Source of the DNA: a virus
Length of the DNA stretch: 64,000 nucleotides
Virus record (IMG/VR): IMGVR_UViG_3300031251_000005
Coordinates: 23,977-87,976 of that record
Strand: one strand, 5' to 3'
Of the stretch, positions 49,023 to 58,002 are shown piece after piece (within the stretch, counting starts at the first letter, position 1; each line of letters starts with the position of its first letter). The notes beneath the pieces were generated by a model. The model was not told the origin of the DNA, did no database searches, and saw only the letters and a list, made by a program, of their open reading frames with translations. The translations under genes and the position numbers were made by a program.

Positions 49023-49720
49023 AAATATTAATTAATTTAGATTGTTTCTTTGATGTTAAGTTAGCTACTGTAATAGAAGTTAATGAAGATTGGGTATTAC
49101 CATTATTTGATAATGGATATATAACTAGACAACATAATACACTATCATTATTAAATCCAGAGATTAATGATAGTGTATTAGAAGAAAGATGGAAGACTAG
49201 AGATATTAGTTTGTTAAAGTTAACTAAGAGAACAGCTTTAATTAAGATATTATCTGATTATATATCACAATCAAAAGAAGGTGACCCTGAACATCCACAG
49301 AGTGTAGAGTTTAAATTAGTTATAAATACATATCCATATGAATTTACTAAAAAAGAAATAAAAGAATTATTTATTTGTCTTCGAGAGATTTTATATACAG
49401 AAGCTATTACTAGAGTACATATTCCAATTGGTAATTTAACTCCTAGTTATATAAAAAGTTCATATGATAGATTTGTTATTTATAACTTAGACGAGTGGTT
49501 ATTAATACATGGGAATAACTTATTAGAAAACCCCATGCCATTAGTAACCTGCATGACACCATTTTGTTATCGTAAAGGTATGGAAAACACTGGAGAGGGA
49601 GAAGAAGCTAGAAGACAAATACCTGCTAGTTTAGCTCCTTTCTTAGATTTAGAGTTAATTAACTTAGGAGATGTTTCAGTTTTTATATCTCCAGACTATT
49701 TTAAAGAGAATAAGAAATGA
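49010..49720 (+). CDS. Conserved hypothetical protein
   Basis: 236 aa; INLDCFFDVKL and INTYPY motifs. Confidence 0.6.
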   Translation: MQTIKILINLDCFFDVKLATVIEVNEDWVLPLFDNGYITRQHNTLSLLNPEINDSVLEERWKTRDISLLKLTKRTALIKILSDYISQSKEGDPEHPQSVEFKLVINTYPYEFTKKEIKELFICLREILYTEAITRVHIPIGNLTPSYIKSSYDRFVIYNLDEWLLIHGNNLLENPMPLVTCMTPFCYRKGMENTGEGEEARRQIPASLAPFLDLELINLGDVSVFISPDYFKENKK

Positions 49721-50049
49721 CTAATTTACTTTTAAATGTATTATCTTTTTTTATTAATAGATTATCTAACCCTAATTTTTATAAGTTACTTAGTAATAGA
49801 AGGATATATAAAATGGATATTATTGATCGAGCTTTAAATATAGGTTTTGATGTTAATTCACCTAATTTTAAGTATCCTACTAAAGAAGGTATCTATTTAG
49901 TTACTTATACAAATGGTGAAAGTGAGAAATTAACCTTTAATCCTGTTACTGGGGTTTGGTTTAGAAATAAAACTTTAACTGGTAGAGATAAAAACTTTAT
50001 TAGTAAAAATGACGAAGATGTACAGCTATACTCTTGGAAAACTATCTAA
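49717..50049 (+). CDS. Hypothetical protein
   Basis: 110 aa; ATGA overlap with the upstream gene. Confidence 0.55.
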   Translation: MTNLLLNVLSFFINRLSNPNFYKLLSNRRIYKMDIIDRALNIGFDVNSPNFKYPTKEGIYLVTYTNGESEKLTFNPVTGVWFRNKTLTGRDKNFISKNDEDVQLYSWKTI

Positions 50050-50085
50050 AGTATAAATCTATTAATCTAATTAGGAATATTACAT

Positions 50086-50571
50086 ATGTCAATTATCTCA
50101 AGTGTTAAAAACTTTATTAAATCAAAAGTAGCTGAAAAGGAATTGGAGCAATTAGAATATATAAAAGAGACTATAAATGATTATTTATTTTATTTATCAC
50201 CTAATAGTACCGAAGTAACAATTGTGTTAGAACATTTGTTATCACATGCATATTTATCAAAAAATATTAAATTAAAAAATTTCTATATTGAAGAAACTCA
50301 TACTGGTAAATCTAGATATACACTTGATGCTTTAGTTACAATTCTTCAGCATTTAAATATGGATAGATATGCAGAAATTAATACTTTAAAAAGTAAATAT
50401 GATAGAAAATGCATTGAGCTTAAACAATTACAAACTGTTAATGAAATTATTTTAAATGATATTAACAAAGCTACTGAAGAAGCATTACTAACAAAGTCAT
50501 ATTCTGTAAAGTATAAATTACTCAATAATGTAATTAAAAAATTTATTGATTTAGTTGATAATAAATCTTAA
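50086..50571 (+). CDS. Hypothetical protein
   Basis: 161 aa ORF. Confidence 0.6.
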   Translation: MSIISSVKNFIKSKVAEKELEQLEYIKETINDYLFYLSPNSTEVTIVLEHLLSHAYLSKNIKLKNFYIEETHTGKSRYTLDALVTILQHLNMDRYAEINTLKSKYDRKCIELKQLQTVNEIILNDINKATEEALLTKSYSVKYKLLNNVIKKFIDLVDNKS

Positions 50572-50596
50572 TTAAAAATATTATGGAATTTTTTAA

Positions 50597-51724
50597 ATGA
50601 CTAAAATAGCATTAACATTAATTGTTAAAAATGAAGCCCATGTTATTACTAGATGTTTAGATAGTGCTAAAGCAATAGCTGATTATGTTTATGTATCTGA
50701 TACTGGATCTACTGATGGTACACAAGAGATTATTAGGCATTGGTTATATATAAACAATATACCTGGTATGGTAACAGAAAACAAATGGGTAAACTTTGCA
50801 GTAAATAGATCTAATGTAACTAAAGATATGAAAGTAGTAGCTCCAGATATAGACTACTGCTTTATGATAGATGCTGATGAAATAATGAATATCAAAGAAG
50901 GCGTTGATATAGATGAATTTAAAAATAGTTTAACTGCGGATGCCTATCATGTTACTGCTGTTTATGAGCCTTTACGTTATACTAGAATCTATTTATTTAG
51001 TAATAAAAAACCGTTTATATATAAAAGTGTAGTGCATGAGTTTGTGGATTGTAATGAACTACACAACCTTGGAACTGTAGATCCAGATTCAATATTTATT
51101 ACTACTAGACAAGATGGTGCAGCTTCTATAGATTGTACTAATAAATGGAAAGGGCATATTGCTCTAATGTCTGCAGCTTTAAAAACTGAAAAAGATCCAT
51201 TATTAATTTCTAGGTATCATTTTTATTTAGCTGAGAGTTATAAAAGAGATGGTAATATTAATAAAGCTATTAAACATTATAATATTAGGACAAAATTAGG
51301 TTTTTGGGATCAAGAAAGATATATTGCTTATGTATATATGGCTAGGTTAAAAGAAATAGCTAAAGAACCATTAACCAATATAATGAAAGATTATTTAGCT
51401 GCTATAGAACTAGCCCCTACTAGATTAGAGGTATATAGAGATATAGTTAAATTATTAACTTTACATTGTAAATACCAACAAGCTTATATCTATGGTAAAC
51501 ATGCTCTTTCCTTAATTACAAATTATCCACCAAATGGATTATTTGTAGATTTAGATGTTTGGTCATGGTCTTTAATTGATGAGTTCTCAGTATGTGCTTA
51601 TTATGCGGGGTATATTGATGAAGCTAAAGAATTGTATCTAAAGTTATTAGAAGTAGATAGCGCCTTACCGTCAGCTCACAGAAATAGAATAATAACTAAT
51701 TTAAGTTTCTGTAATAATATATAA
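50597..51724 (+). CDS. GT2 glycosyltransferase with C-terminal TPR-like repeats
   Basis: IVKNEAHVITRCLDS, DTGSTDGT, DADE, VHE; FYLAESY...AIKHY helical repeats. Confidence 0.88.
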   Translation: MTKIALTLIVKNEAHVITRCLDSAKAIADYVYVSDTGSTDGTQEIIRHWLYINNIPGMVTENKWVNFAVNRSNVTKDMKVVAPDIDYCFMIDADEIMNIKEGVDIDEFKNSLTADAYHVTAVYEPLRYTRIYLFSNKKPFIYKSVVHEFVDCNELHNLGTVDPDSIFITTRQDGAASIDCTNKWKGHIALMSAALKTEKDPLLISRYHFYLAESYKRDGNINKAIKHYNIRTKLGFWDQERYIAYVYMARLKEIAKEPLTNIMKDYLAAIELAPTRLEVYRDIVKLLTLHCKYQQAYIYGKHALSLITNYPPNGLFVDLDVWSWSLIDEFSVCAYYAGYIDEAKELYLKLLEVDSALPSAHRNRIITNLSFCNNI

Positions 51725-51737
51725 TTTAGACGGTAAT

Positions 51738-51771
51738 AATACTATGTCAGTTATTATACTGACATAGTATT
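51738..51771. terminator. Hairpin terminator
   Basis: aatactatgtcagt-tattat-actgacatagtatt. Confidence 0.7.
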
Positions 51772-51801
51772 TATTCTTTTATATTTTTTCTAGGAGTAAA
51801 A

Positions 51802-52170
51802 ATGTCTGATGCAACTACATTTGGTAAAGAATTAAAAAAATTAAGAGCTAGGTTTAAATTAACACAAAGAGAGGCAGCTAAAGCAATTGGTTGTTCAGAT
51901 TCTCATCTTAGTAAAATAGAGAGAGGTATTTATCCCATAGCAGAAGATAAATTAAATAATATTATTTCTTTTTTTGATATTAAACAAAAAGAAGAAAACA
52001 AATTAAGAATCTTAGCTGTCGATATTCAAAACTTTATACATATCAAAATAACCTCATTACCAACTCAAAAACGTAAACTAGTACATGATATAGCTTTACA
52101 GCTATTATCAACTGATATTAGTACTCTTAGAAAAGTATATACTTTATTAAAAGATAAAAATGATAACTAA
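51802..52170 (+). CDS. XRE-family HTH protein
   Basis: FGKELKKLRARFKLTQREAAKAIGCSDSHLSKIERG. Confidence 0.88.
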   Translation: MSDATTFGKELKKLRARFKLTQREAAKAIGCSDSHLSKIERGIYPIAEDKLNNIISFFDIKQKEENKLRILAVDIQNFIHIKITSLPTQKRKLVHDIALQLLSTDISTLRKVYTLLKDKNDN

Positions 52171-52630
52171 TAACATAAATAGAGATACATTAACTGAGTT
52201 ATTACAAACTCTTAATACCATAATTGAATCTAATCGTAGATATAAAAAAGTATCTAATTATATTCAACATATAAAACAACAGAATGGATCACAGTTTATA
52301 CGAGTAACTCCTAAAGGGGTAGAAAGTTTAATTCTAACTTTAGAAGATTTAACATTACCAGAAACTGAAACTGATAAGATAGAAGTAAATGTTTTTAATG
52401 AGTTACTTAATATAACACATGATTTTAGTTTCTTATCTGGAGTAATTGTTAATGATTGGAAAGATATAATTACCTATATTTATTATAGCATGGATAGAGC
52501 TAAAAATAAAGAAGATAGGGATTATAATGAAAATACAAACCTAGGTAAACATAATAGAGATCTATTGCAGGATTACCCTTGGTTATTAGTAATTTTGTTA
52601 ATTGAACAATTACCAATTATTAATAATTAA
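52160..52630 (+). CDS. Hypothetical protein
   Basis: 156 aa ORF overlapping the upstream gene. Confidence 0.6.
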   Translation: MITNNINRDTLTELLQTLNTIIESNRRYKKVSNYIQHIKQQNGSQFIRVTPKGVESLILTLEDLTLPETETDKIEVNVFNELLNITHDFSFLSGVIVNDWKDIITYIYYSMDRAKNKEDRDYNENTNLGKHNRDLLQDYPWLLVILLIEQLPIINN

Positions 52631-53010
52631 CTCTTTTGCATTATATCGTCATAATCTATAATGTGAACATCCGTAGATGTTTCATCTGGCACTAACTCTA
52701 TTTCTGGTAATATAGGGTTAATAATCTTAATGTTAGCATTAGTAGAATTAACATTAACAAATGGGTTATCACTTACATTCTTCAATATATTAGCTAATGC
52801 TACTGCAGTATCTCTATCTGCGGTAGCATTGTTATTATCTGCTTCAATTCTTTTTAGTGCTACAGCTGTATTGGTTAAACCTGTTAAAGCTAATATTTTA
52901 TTTTTAGGAGATATGTCTTTATCTTGTATTAGTTCTATTCTAGTACGTTGTGCATATTCTATTACAGCATCTGGAGATAAATCTATTGTATCTAAATTTT
53001 CTTCTAACAT
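52627..53010 (-). CDS. Hypothetical protein
   Basis: 127 aa; AAGGA RBS; convergent stop overlap. Confidence 0.65.
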   Translation of the reverse strand: MLEENLDTIDLSPDAVIEYAQRTRIELIQDKDISPKNKILALTGLTNTAVALKRIEADNNNATADRDTAVALANILKNVSDNPFVNVNSTNANIKIINPILPEIELVPDETSTDVHIIDYDDIMQKS

Positions 53011-53103
53011 TTTTATAATCCTTCTATATATTCAAAATATTTATATACATATATTATTTAATAGATGTATATCTTAATGCAATTTAAATAGGAACATTAA
53101 ACA

Positions 53104-53601
53104 ATGATTAAATATCTCAAACAATTAAATTTAAGATTTAAGTGGTGGTTGTTACAACGTAAGTTACAACAACAAGACACCTTACTAGGTAAGGCTGAAA
53201 TGATAGGAACTTTTGTTTTAAAACAAATAGACTTTAATATATCACCACTAGTTTTTCACTCTTTATATATTAAAAGTAATTGTGATTGCTTACATAACAT
53301 GTTAGAAGAATTTGATAGAATTACTTATGAATACATATATCATAAAGTAATTAATCCCCCAAAAAGTAAAGCTAAGTTAAAATCAAGGAGATTAGATCGA
53401 TGGTGTTATTTAAATGAAGAATCTAAATATAGAGATTCTTCATTAAGGTCAATATATAGAATTTCTTTACTTAGTATTACGGAACTAAAGAAATATAGAC
53501 ATTTAGATCATCATGACTATGTTGATCTTAAAGCTAATCATGTTTTAAAAGCATTTATCTCATTTTCAGAATTATTGGTAGAATATCATGGCCAAAGGTA
53601 A
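53104..53601 (+). CDS. Hypothetical protein
   Basis: 165 aa; downstream of ATACATATATTA at 53045. Confidence 0.65.
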   Translation: MIKYLKQLNLRFKWWLLQRKLQQQDTLLGKAEMIGTFVLKQIDFNISPLVFHSLYIKSNCDCLHNMLEEFDRITYEYIYHKVINPPKSKAKLKSRRLDRWCYLNEESKYRDSSLRSIYRISLLSITELKKYRHLDHHDYVDLKANHVLKAFISFSELLVEYHGQR

Positions 53602-53995
53602 GAAATCCAACAACCCTATGCTTAAAGTCATTGATGATGGCTTAACTGGGATTCATGAAAGTAGCTGTGCACTTGCTAGAATATGGAGAATTTTATTATG
53701 GCAAACAAATATAGATGGAGCTACCTGGCATACTTTATTAAATAAATGGCAGGCTAGGGCCTTACAAAATACCACCGAAAAAGAAGCTGCTAGTTTAAAA
53801 GGAAATATATCTAGAGGTTTATCTAAAACAAAAATATCTTGGAGTGGTCTTTTAAAAGGTCTTACCATATTACAATATGAAAAAATGGAGATTAAACTAA
53901 TTTTATGGAAGCATAACAAACCACATGAGTTAACTATAAAAATAGATGATATATATAAAGAGTCATCAATATCAGAAATAGAGGAAGAAGTATAA
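53588..53995 (+). CDS. Conserved hypothetical protein
   Basis: 135 aa; LARIWR...KGN...L....ISW..L.KGL.IL motif. Confidence 0.6.
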   Translation: MAKGKKSNNPMLKVIDDGLTGIHESSCALARIWRILLWQTNIDGATWHTLLNKWQARALQNTTEKEAASLKGNISRGLSKTKISWSGLLKGLTILQYEKMEIKLILWKHNKPHELTIKIDDIYKESSISEIEEEV

Positions 53996-54002
53996 CTTAT
54001 AT

Positions 54003-54030
54003 TAGAGAGTACAGATATCTGTACTCTCTA
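54003..54030. terminator. Perfect 28-bp palindrome
   Basis: tagagagtacagat|atctgtactctcta then a T-run. Confidence 0.8.
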
Positions 54031-54054
54031 TATTTTTTTTTGTAGAGAATCATC

Positions 54055-56094
54055 ATGAATCCAGATTTAACAAGTTTCACAGCATTATTATCTTTTACTT
54101 CAAATCCAAGTACAATAGTATCCCCATTTCCACCATCTGTACCTATTAAACCATTAGCTAAAACTAGTTTTGAAATATCTCCTTTTATGGAGAAAGTTAC
54201 TAGAGATCCATATGCTGTAACTGATTTAAGCATATTAAGTCAAACTGAATTACAAATAGACAATGTTATAGATTATGTAAGTACAATAGTACCACCGGAG
54301 CTATTAGCTGAATTAGAAAAACTACCAGACTTAGCAAAATATCTATTAGATGAAGGGTTATCTTTACCTAATGTTTTAATGGAGATATCAACGCAATTGC
54401 CAACTAGTTTAAGTTTATCTGACTTATTAAGAGCTGTACCAATTATGGATGTAATCCATAATATCAATAGTTTTCTAGGAGCTATTACTAATCTTGGTTT
54501 AAATATATTAACTATACCAGCTAATATTATTATAACTGGTATGTCAATAATGTCTAGTGTTCTTAATTTAGTAGGATCAGTGGTACATACAGCTTCATAT
54601 ATAGCTACCACTGCTGTAAATACAGCTCTAGGAATAACTACCGCTATTGTTAATCCTATTGCTAAATTAGCTCTAGGTATTGCTATGATAGGTGCTACAA
54701 CAACACACACTATCGCTGCTACTGGGTTTTTATTAGCTAAAGGTATTAGTAATATAGCACATATGGTAGCCTTTGTGGTAAATACTCCATCAATTTTTAT
54801 GGCTATAATATCTCATGGTATTAAAATGATAGGTACTACTTTATCTAAGTCTATTATATTTGCTGTTAATCATATTTCTGCTGTAGTTGTACATGCAGCA
54901 GTTGTAGTAATGAAAAGTATTAATGATTTAACTAATATTAGATTAACAACTCATTTTGGGTTATTATTGGGTTATACAAATACCCTTAACTTATATAACA
55001 TCATGTCTGTCCATACAGATGTTTGTGTAAGAACAGCACATAATTTAGTAACTTATAATTATCAGGATATAGATGTTATAGCTTCTAGTGTATATACTAA
55101 TGGTAATATAGCTACTCACTCTATTATTACAGTAATTTCTGGTTATTCAATAGCAGATGCATTAGGAGTATTGGAAATTATTAAAGCTCAAGGAGTTGGG
55201 GTATATTTATCTAATGACCACAGTGGCACTTATCAACCATTGATTGATAATGTAAACACATATGGTATAGATGCAGTATTTAGTTTAACTACTGCAGTTA
55301 ATAATATCAGTTCAGTTGATATATCTACAATCGTAGATGATACTACTACACTTGGTTTAGATAGTATTAGAAATATGATTAATGTAGTCACTGCTACTAC
55401 CCCAAATACATTATTAGATACAGTAACTCAAATGCAATCTAGTAATCTAATGACAATTGGTGCTACCTTAACACAGATGGATATAGTAGGGGCGCAAACT
55501 CTATCTGACTTAACAGATGCAGCTACCACTGTTGGTATAGATAATTTAAATACCTTTACTGATACATTAACTAAAGTAGATACTAATAACATCTCAAATA
55601 GCATAGATATTATAAATAAATTAACTGATACAGATATATCTGATATAGGTACTTTTATTAGTAATACAGAACCATATACTATTTTAAGTAATTTAAATAT
55701 AGATAATGACTTAATGGAAATAGCAATTAAAAAAACATGTGAGGTTTGTGCAAAAGCAGGTAATTATCATATGGTTATAAATCTTCTAAATAATTATTCA
55801 GGTAATATATCAGTTGGTTATAGAAGATATTTAGTTTCTGTTATACTAAATAATTATAAAATAACCTTAGATGATAACACTATTGGTTTAAAGTTAGCAG
55901 GACAATATTTTGCACAGGGTTTATATAGCATATATAATCTATGGGATATAGATACTAGAAATAATGAGGTTGTAAGTTTATTATCCCCTTTGTTAACCGC
56001 AACTAAAGATTCATTAACTCTATTGAGTAAATACCCACAAACAGCCATACCAGCTATACTCCAACTTGATAATCAATATAAGCTAGCAGCTTAA
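54055..56094 (+). CDS. Large hypothetical, possibly virion protein with a long uncharged amphipathic segment
   Basis: 679 aa; residues ~135-290 are I/A/T/V/G-rich; T/D-rich helical repeats follow. Confidence 0.6.
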   Translation: MNPDLTSFTALLSFTSNPSTIVSPFPPSVPIKPLAKTSFEISPFMEKVTRDPYAVTDLSILSQTELQIDNVIDYVSTIVPPELLAELEKLPDLAKYLLDEGLSLPNVLMEISTQLPTSLSLSDLLRAVPIMDVIHNINSFLGAITNLGLNILTIPANIIITGMSIMSSVLNLVGSVVHTASYIATTAVNTALGITTAIVNPIAKLALGIAMIGATTTHTIAATGFLLAKGISNIAHMVAFVVNTPSIFMAIISHGIKMIGTTLSKSIIFAVNHISAVVVHAAVVVMKSINDLTNIRLTTHFGLLLGYTNTLNLYNIMSVHTDVCVRTAHNLVTYNYQDIDVIASSVYTNGNIATHSIITVISGYSIADALGVLEIIKAQGVGVYLSNDHSGTYQPLIDNVNTYGIDAVFSLTTAVNNISSVDISTIVDDTTTLGLDSIRNMINVVTATTPNTLLDTVTQMQSSNLMTIGATLTQMDIVGAQTLSDLTDAATTVGIDNLNTFTDTLTKVDTNNISNSIDIINKLTDTDISDIGTFISNTEPYTILSNLNIDNDLMEIAIKKTCEVCAKAGNYHMVINLLNNYSGNISVGYRRYLVSVILNNYKITLDDNTIGLKLAGQYFAQGLYSIYNLWDIDTRNNEVVSLLSPLLTATKDSLTLLSKYPQTAIPAILQLDNQYKLAA

Positions 56095-56139
56095 TATAGT
56101 TATCTTTATTCTTTTAACCTAAATACATTATCTATTATT

Positions 56140-56745
56140 ATGTCTGAACAATATTTATTTTACTTCTGTTATGCTATTTTAGCTATTAGTGTGATTGTTA
56201 CAATCGTTAGATTCTTTATAGGAATTGATATTTTTGAAACCACTAGACCAGTATTAAGAGTTATAGAAAGATTATTAATAGTACCAGAAAATGATTTACC
56301 TGCTGCGGTTACTGTGGTATTAGAAGATATAGATTACTTAGGTAATTCTTGTGATATTGTATTTGATAGATTTTATTTATATATTTTATTCTTTGATAGA
56401 ATAAAATTTGAAAAAGTAACATCATTGGATTTTTTATCAGATAGAGCTAAATTGTTATATGAATTTGGACATTCTAATGACAGAATTATTCAAAAAGGAA
56501 TTTTGGGGTTATTAGCCTTACAAGCAAAGTTATCTGCAGTTTCTTGTCATCCAATCACTTTAAAAATAAAGACTAATAATATTGAGCCATATATAGATAA
56601 AATACCTAATAATATAAATGATTTATATTTGGTAACATCTCAATTACATGAAATATGTAAAAGGAATAAAGTAGACTATAATGTGTATGGATCTACCCCT
56701 GGTGATGACTTTTTAATATTGTTAACTTATAAGTTAAAAGTATAA
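56140..56745 (+). CDS. Membrane-anchored hypothetical protein
   Basis: N-terminal TM segment YLFYFCYAILAISVIVTIV. Confidence 0.6.
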   Translation: MSEQYLFYFCYAILAISVIVTIVRFFIGIDIFETTRPVLRVIERLLIVPENDLPAAVTVVLEDIDYLGNSCDIVFDRFYLYILFFDRIKFEKVTSLDFLSDRAKLLYEFGHSNDRIIQKGILGLLALQAKLSAVSCHPITLKIKTNNIEPYIDKIPNNINDLYLVTSQLHEICKRNKVDYNVYGSTPGDDFLILLTYKLKV

Positions 56746-56761
56746 GCAATAGCTGTTATAT

Positions 56762-56805
56762 ATAGGTATAGAGCATGTAGCCTAGGCTACATGCTCTATA
56801 CCTAT
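56762..56805. terminator. Perfect 44-bp palindrome, the longest seen in the window
   Basis: ataggtatagagcatgtagcct|aggctacatgctctatacctat. Confidence 0.75.
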
Positions 56806-56900
56806 TATTAATATTCAAAATTTATTCATACATATATTACTAAATGGATACATTGATATAATGTAGTCTAGATAATTTAATTAAATAGGAGAATGAAAAA

Positions 56901-57275
56901 ATGAATACAGAAACGCCATCAAAAATAAATCAACTTTTATCACTAACATCTGATAAAGATAAAATAGAGTTTTTGGTAGATGATATCCTTCAAGTATATT
57001 CTGAAATATTAGAAAAAATAAAGAATGAAGATATCGAAATCACTGAAACAGCACATTATATAATAATTGCTCGTAGTATGGAATATATTAAGTTTATTGG
57101 TAATGAGATATTGCCGACAAAGGTCCTTACAATAGAACAGTTTAATGAGGTAATCACTTTATACCTTAATAAATTAACCAACACATATAACATAGATACA
57201 AGTATGTTATACTGTAGAATGGGTAATGCAGCAGCTACTATATTTCCAACTGTGCAAAATACAACTATCCATTAA
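56901..57275 (+). CDS. Hypothetical protein
   Basis: AGGAG RBS; ATACATATATTAC at 56828. Confidence 0.65.
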   Translation: MNTETPSKINQLLSLTSDKDKIEFLVDDILQVYSEILEKIKNEDIEITETAHYIIIARSMEYIKFIGNEILPTKVLTIEQFNEVITLYLNKLTNTYNIDTSMLYCRMGNAAATIFPTVQNTTIH

Positions 57276-57278
57276 TAT

Positions 57279-57938
57279 ATGCAAACAAAATTTAAACCAA
57301 TAGAATCAACCACCCATTCTGGTTTTTACCATATTCCAGATATTGATAATTATATTATTAATAGAGAAGGAGATGTTATTAATATAATAACTAATCAATA
57401 TTTAAAGAAACCTCCAAAAAATTCAGCGAGGTTTCAACGTACTTTATTATTATCTACTGGAAAAAGAAAAACAGTATTTAATTATCTAGTATTAAGAGAA
57501 GCAATATATGGCCCTAATCCAGTTATCTGCTGTTATGATATAGAGAAAAAGGCTTTATATGAATCTACTGACATCACACATTTATCATACCGAATTGGTA
57601 AATATTCAAAGAATAAAATAACCTCAGTAAATATTAATGACTTTTTAAGAAATAATAAAAGTGAGCAACATGAATGGGTAAAACGTTTTAAATTCTTAGT
57701 TTGGTATAAAGAAGATAAAGGTGAAAGTTTAGCTAAGATATTAGACCTTTATAATGTAAAGAATAATGCAGCAAAAGCATACAAACATAAACCAACTGAA
57801 GGACATTCTTTTTATTGGGTATTATCTAATGACCAATGGGTTATTCTTTATAATATTCATACTGCCTATTCTGGTCTTAAATTTAAATTAAATTATCTAG
57901 AAATAGATAAGTATTTAAAAAATAAAAAACAAGAGTAA
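57279..57938 (+). CDS. NUMOD4-like protein, probably a degenerate HNH homing endonuclease
   Basis: GFYHIPDIDNYIINREGDVIN N-terminus; no recognisable HNH catalytic motif. Confidence 0.45.
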   Translation: MQTKFKPIESTTHSGFYHIPDIDNYIINREGDVINIITNQYLKKPPKNSARFQRTLLLSTGKRKTVFNYLVLREAIYGPNPVICCYDIEKKALYESTDITHLSYRIGKYSKNKITSVNINDFLRNNKSEQHEWVKRFKFLVWYKEDKGESLAKILDLYNVKNNAAKAYKHKPTEGHSFYWVLSNDQWVILYNIHTAYSGLKFKLNYLEIDKYLKNKKQE

Positions 57939-57945
57939 ACAAATA

Positions 57946-57979
57946 TAGAATAGAGAGTGCATATGCACTCTCTATTCTA
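57946..57979. terminator. Perfect 34-bp palindrome between convergent genes
   Basis: tagaatagagagtgcat|atgcactctctattcta. Confidence 0.8.
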
Positions 57980-58002
57980 CTCTTCTATATACTTTTTATT
58001 TT

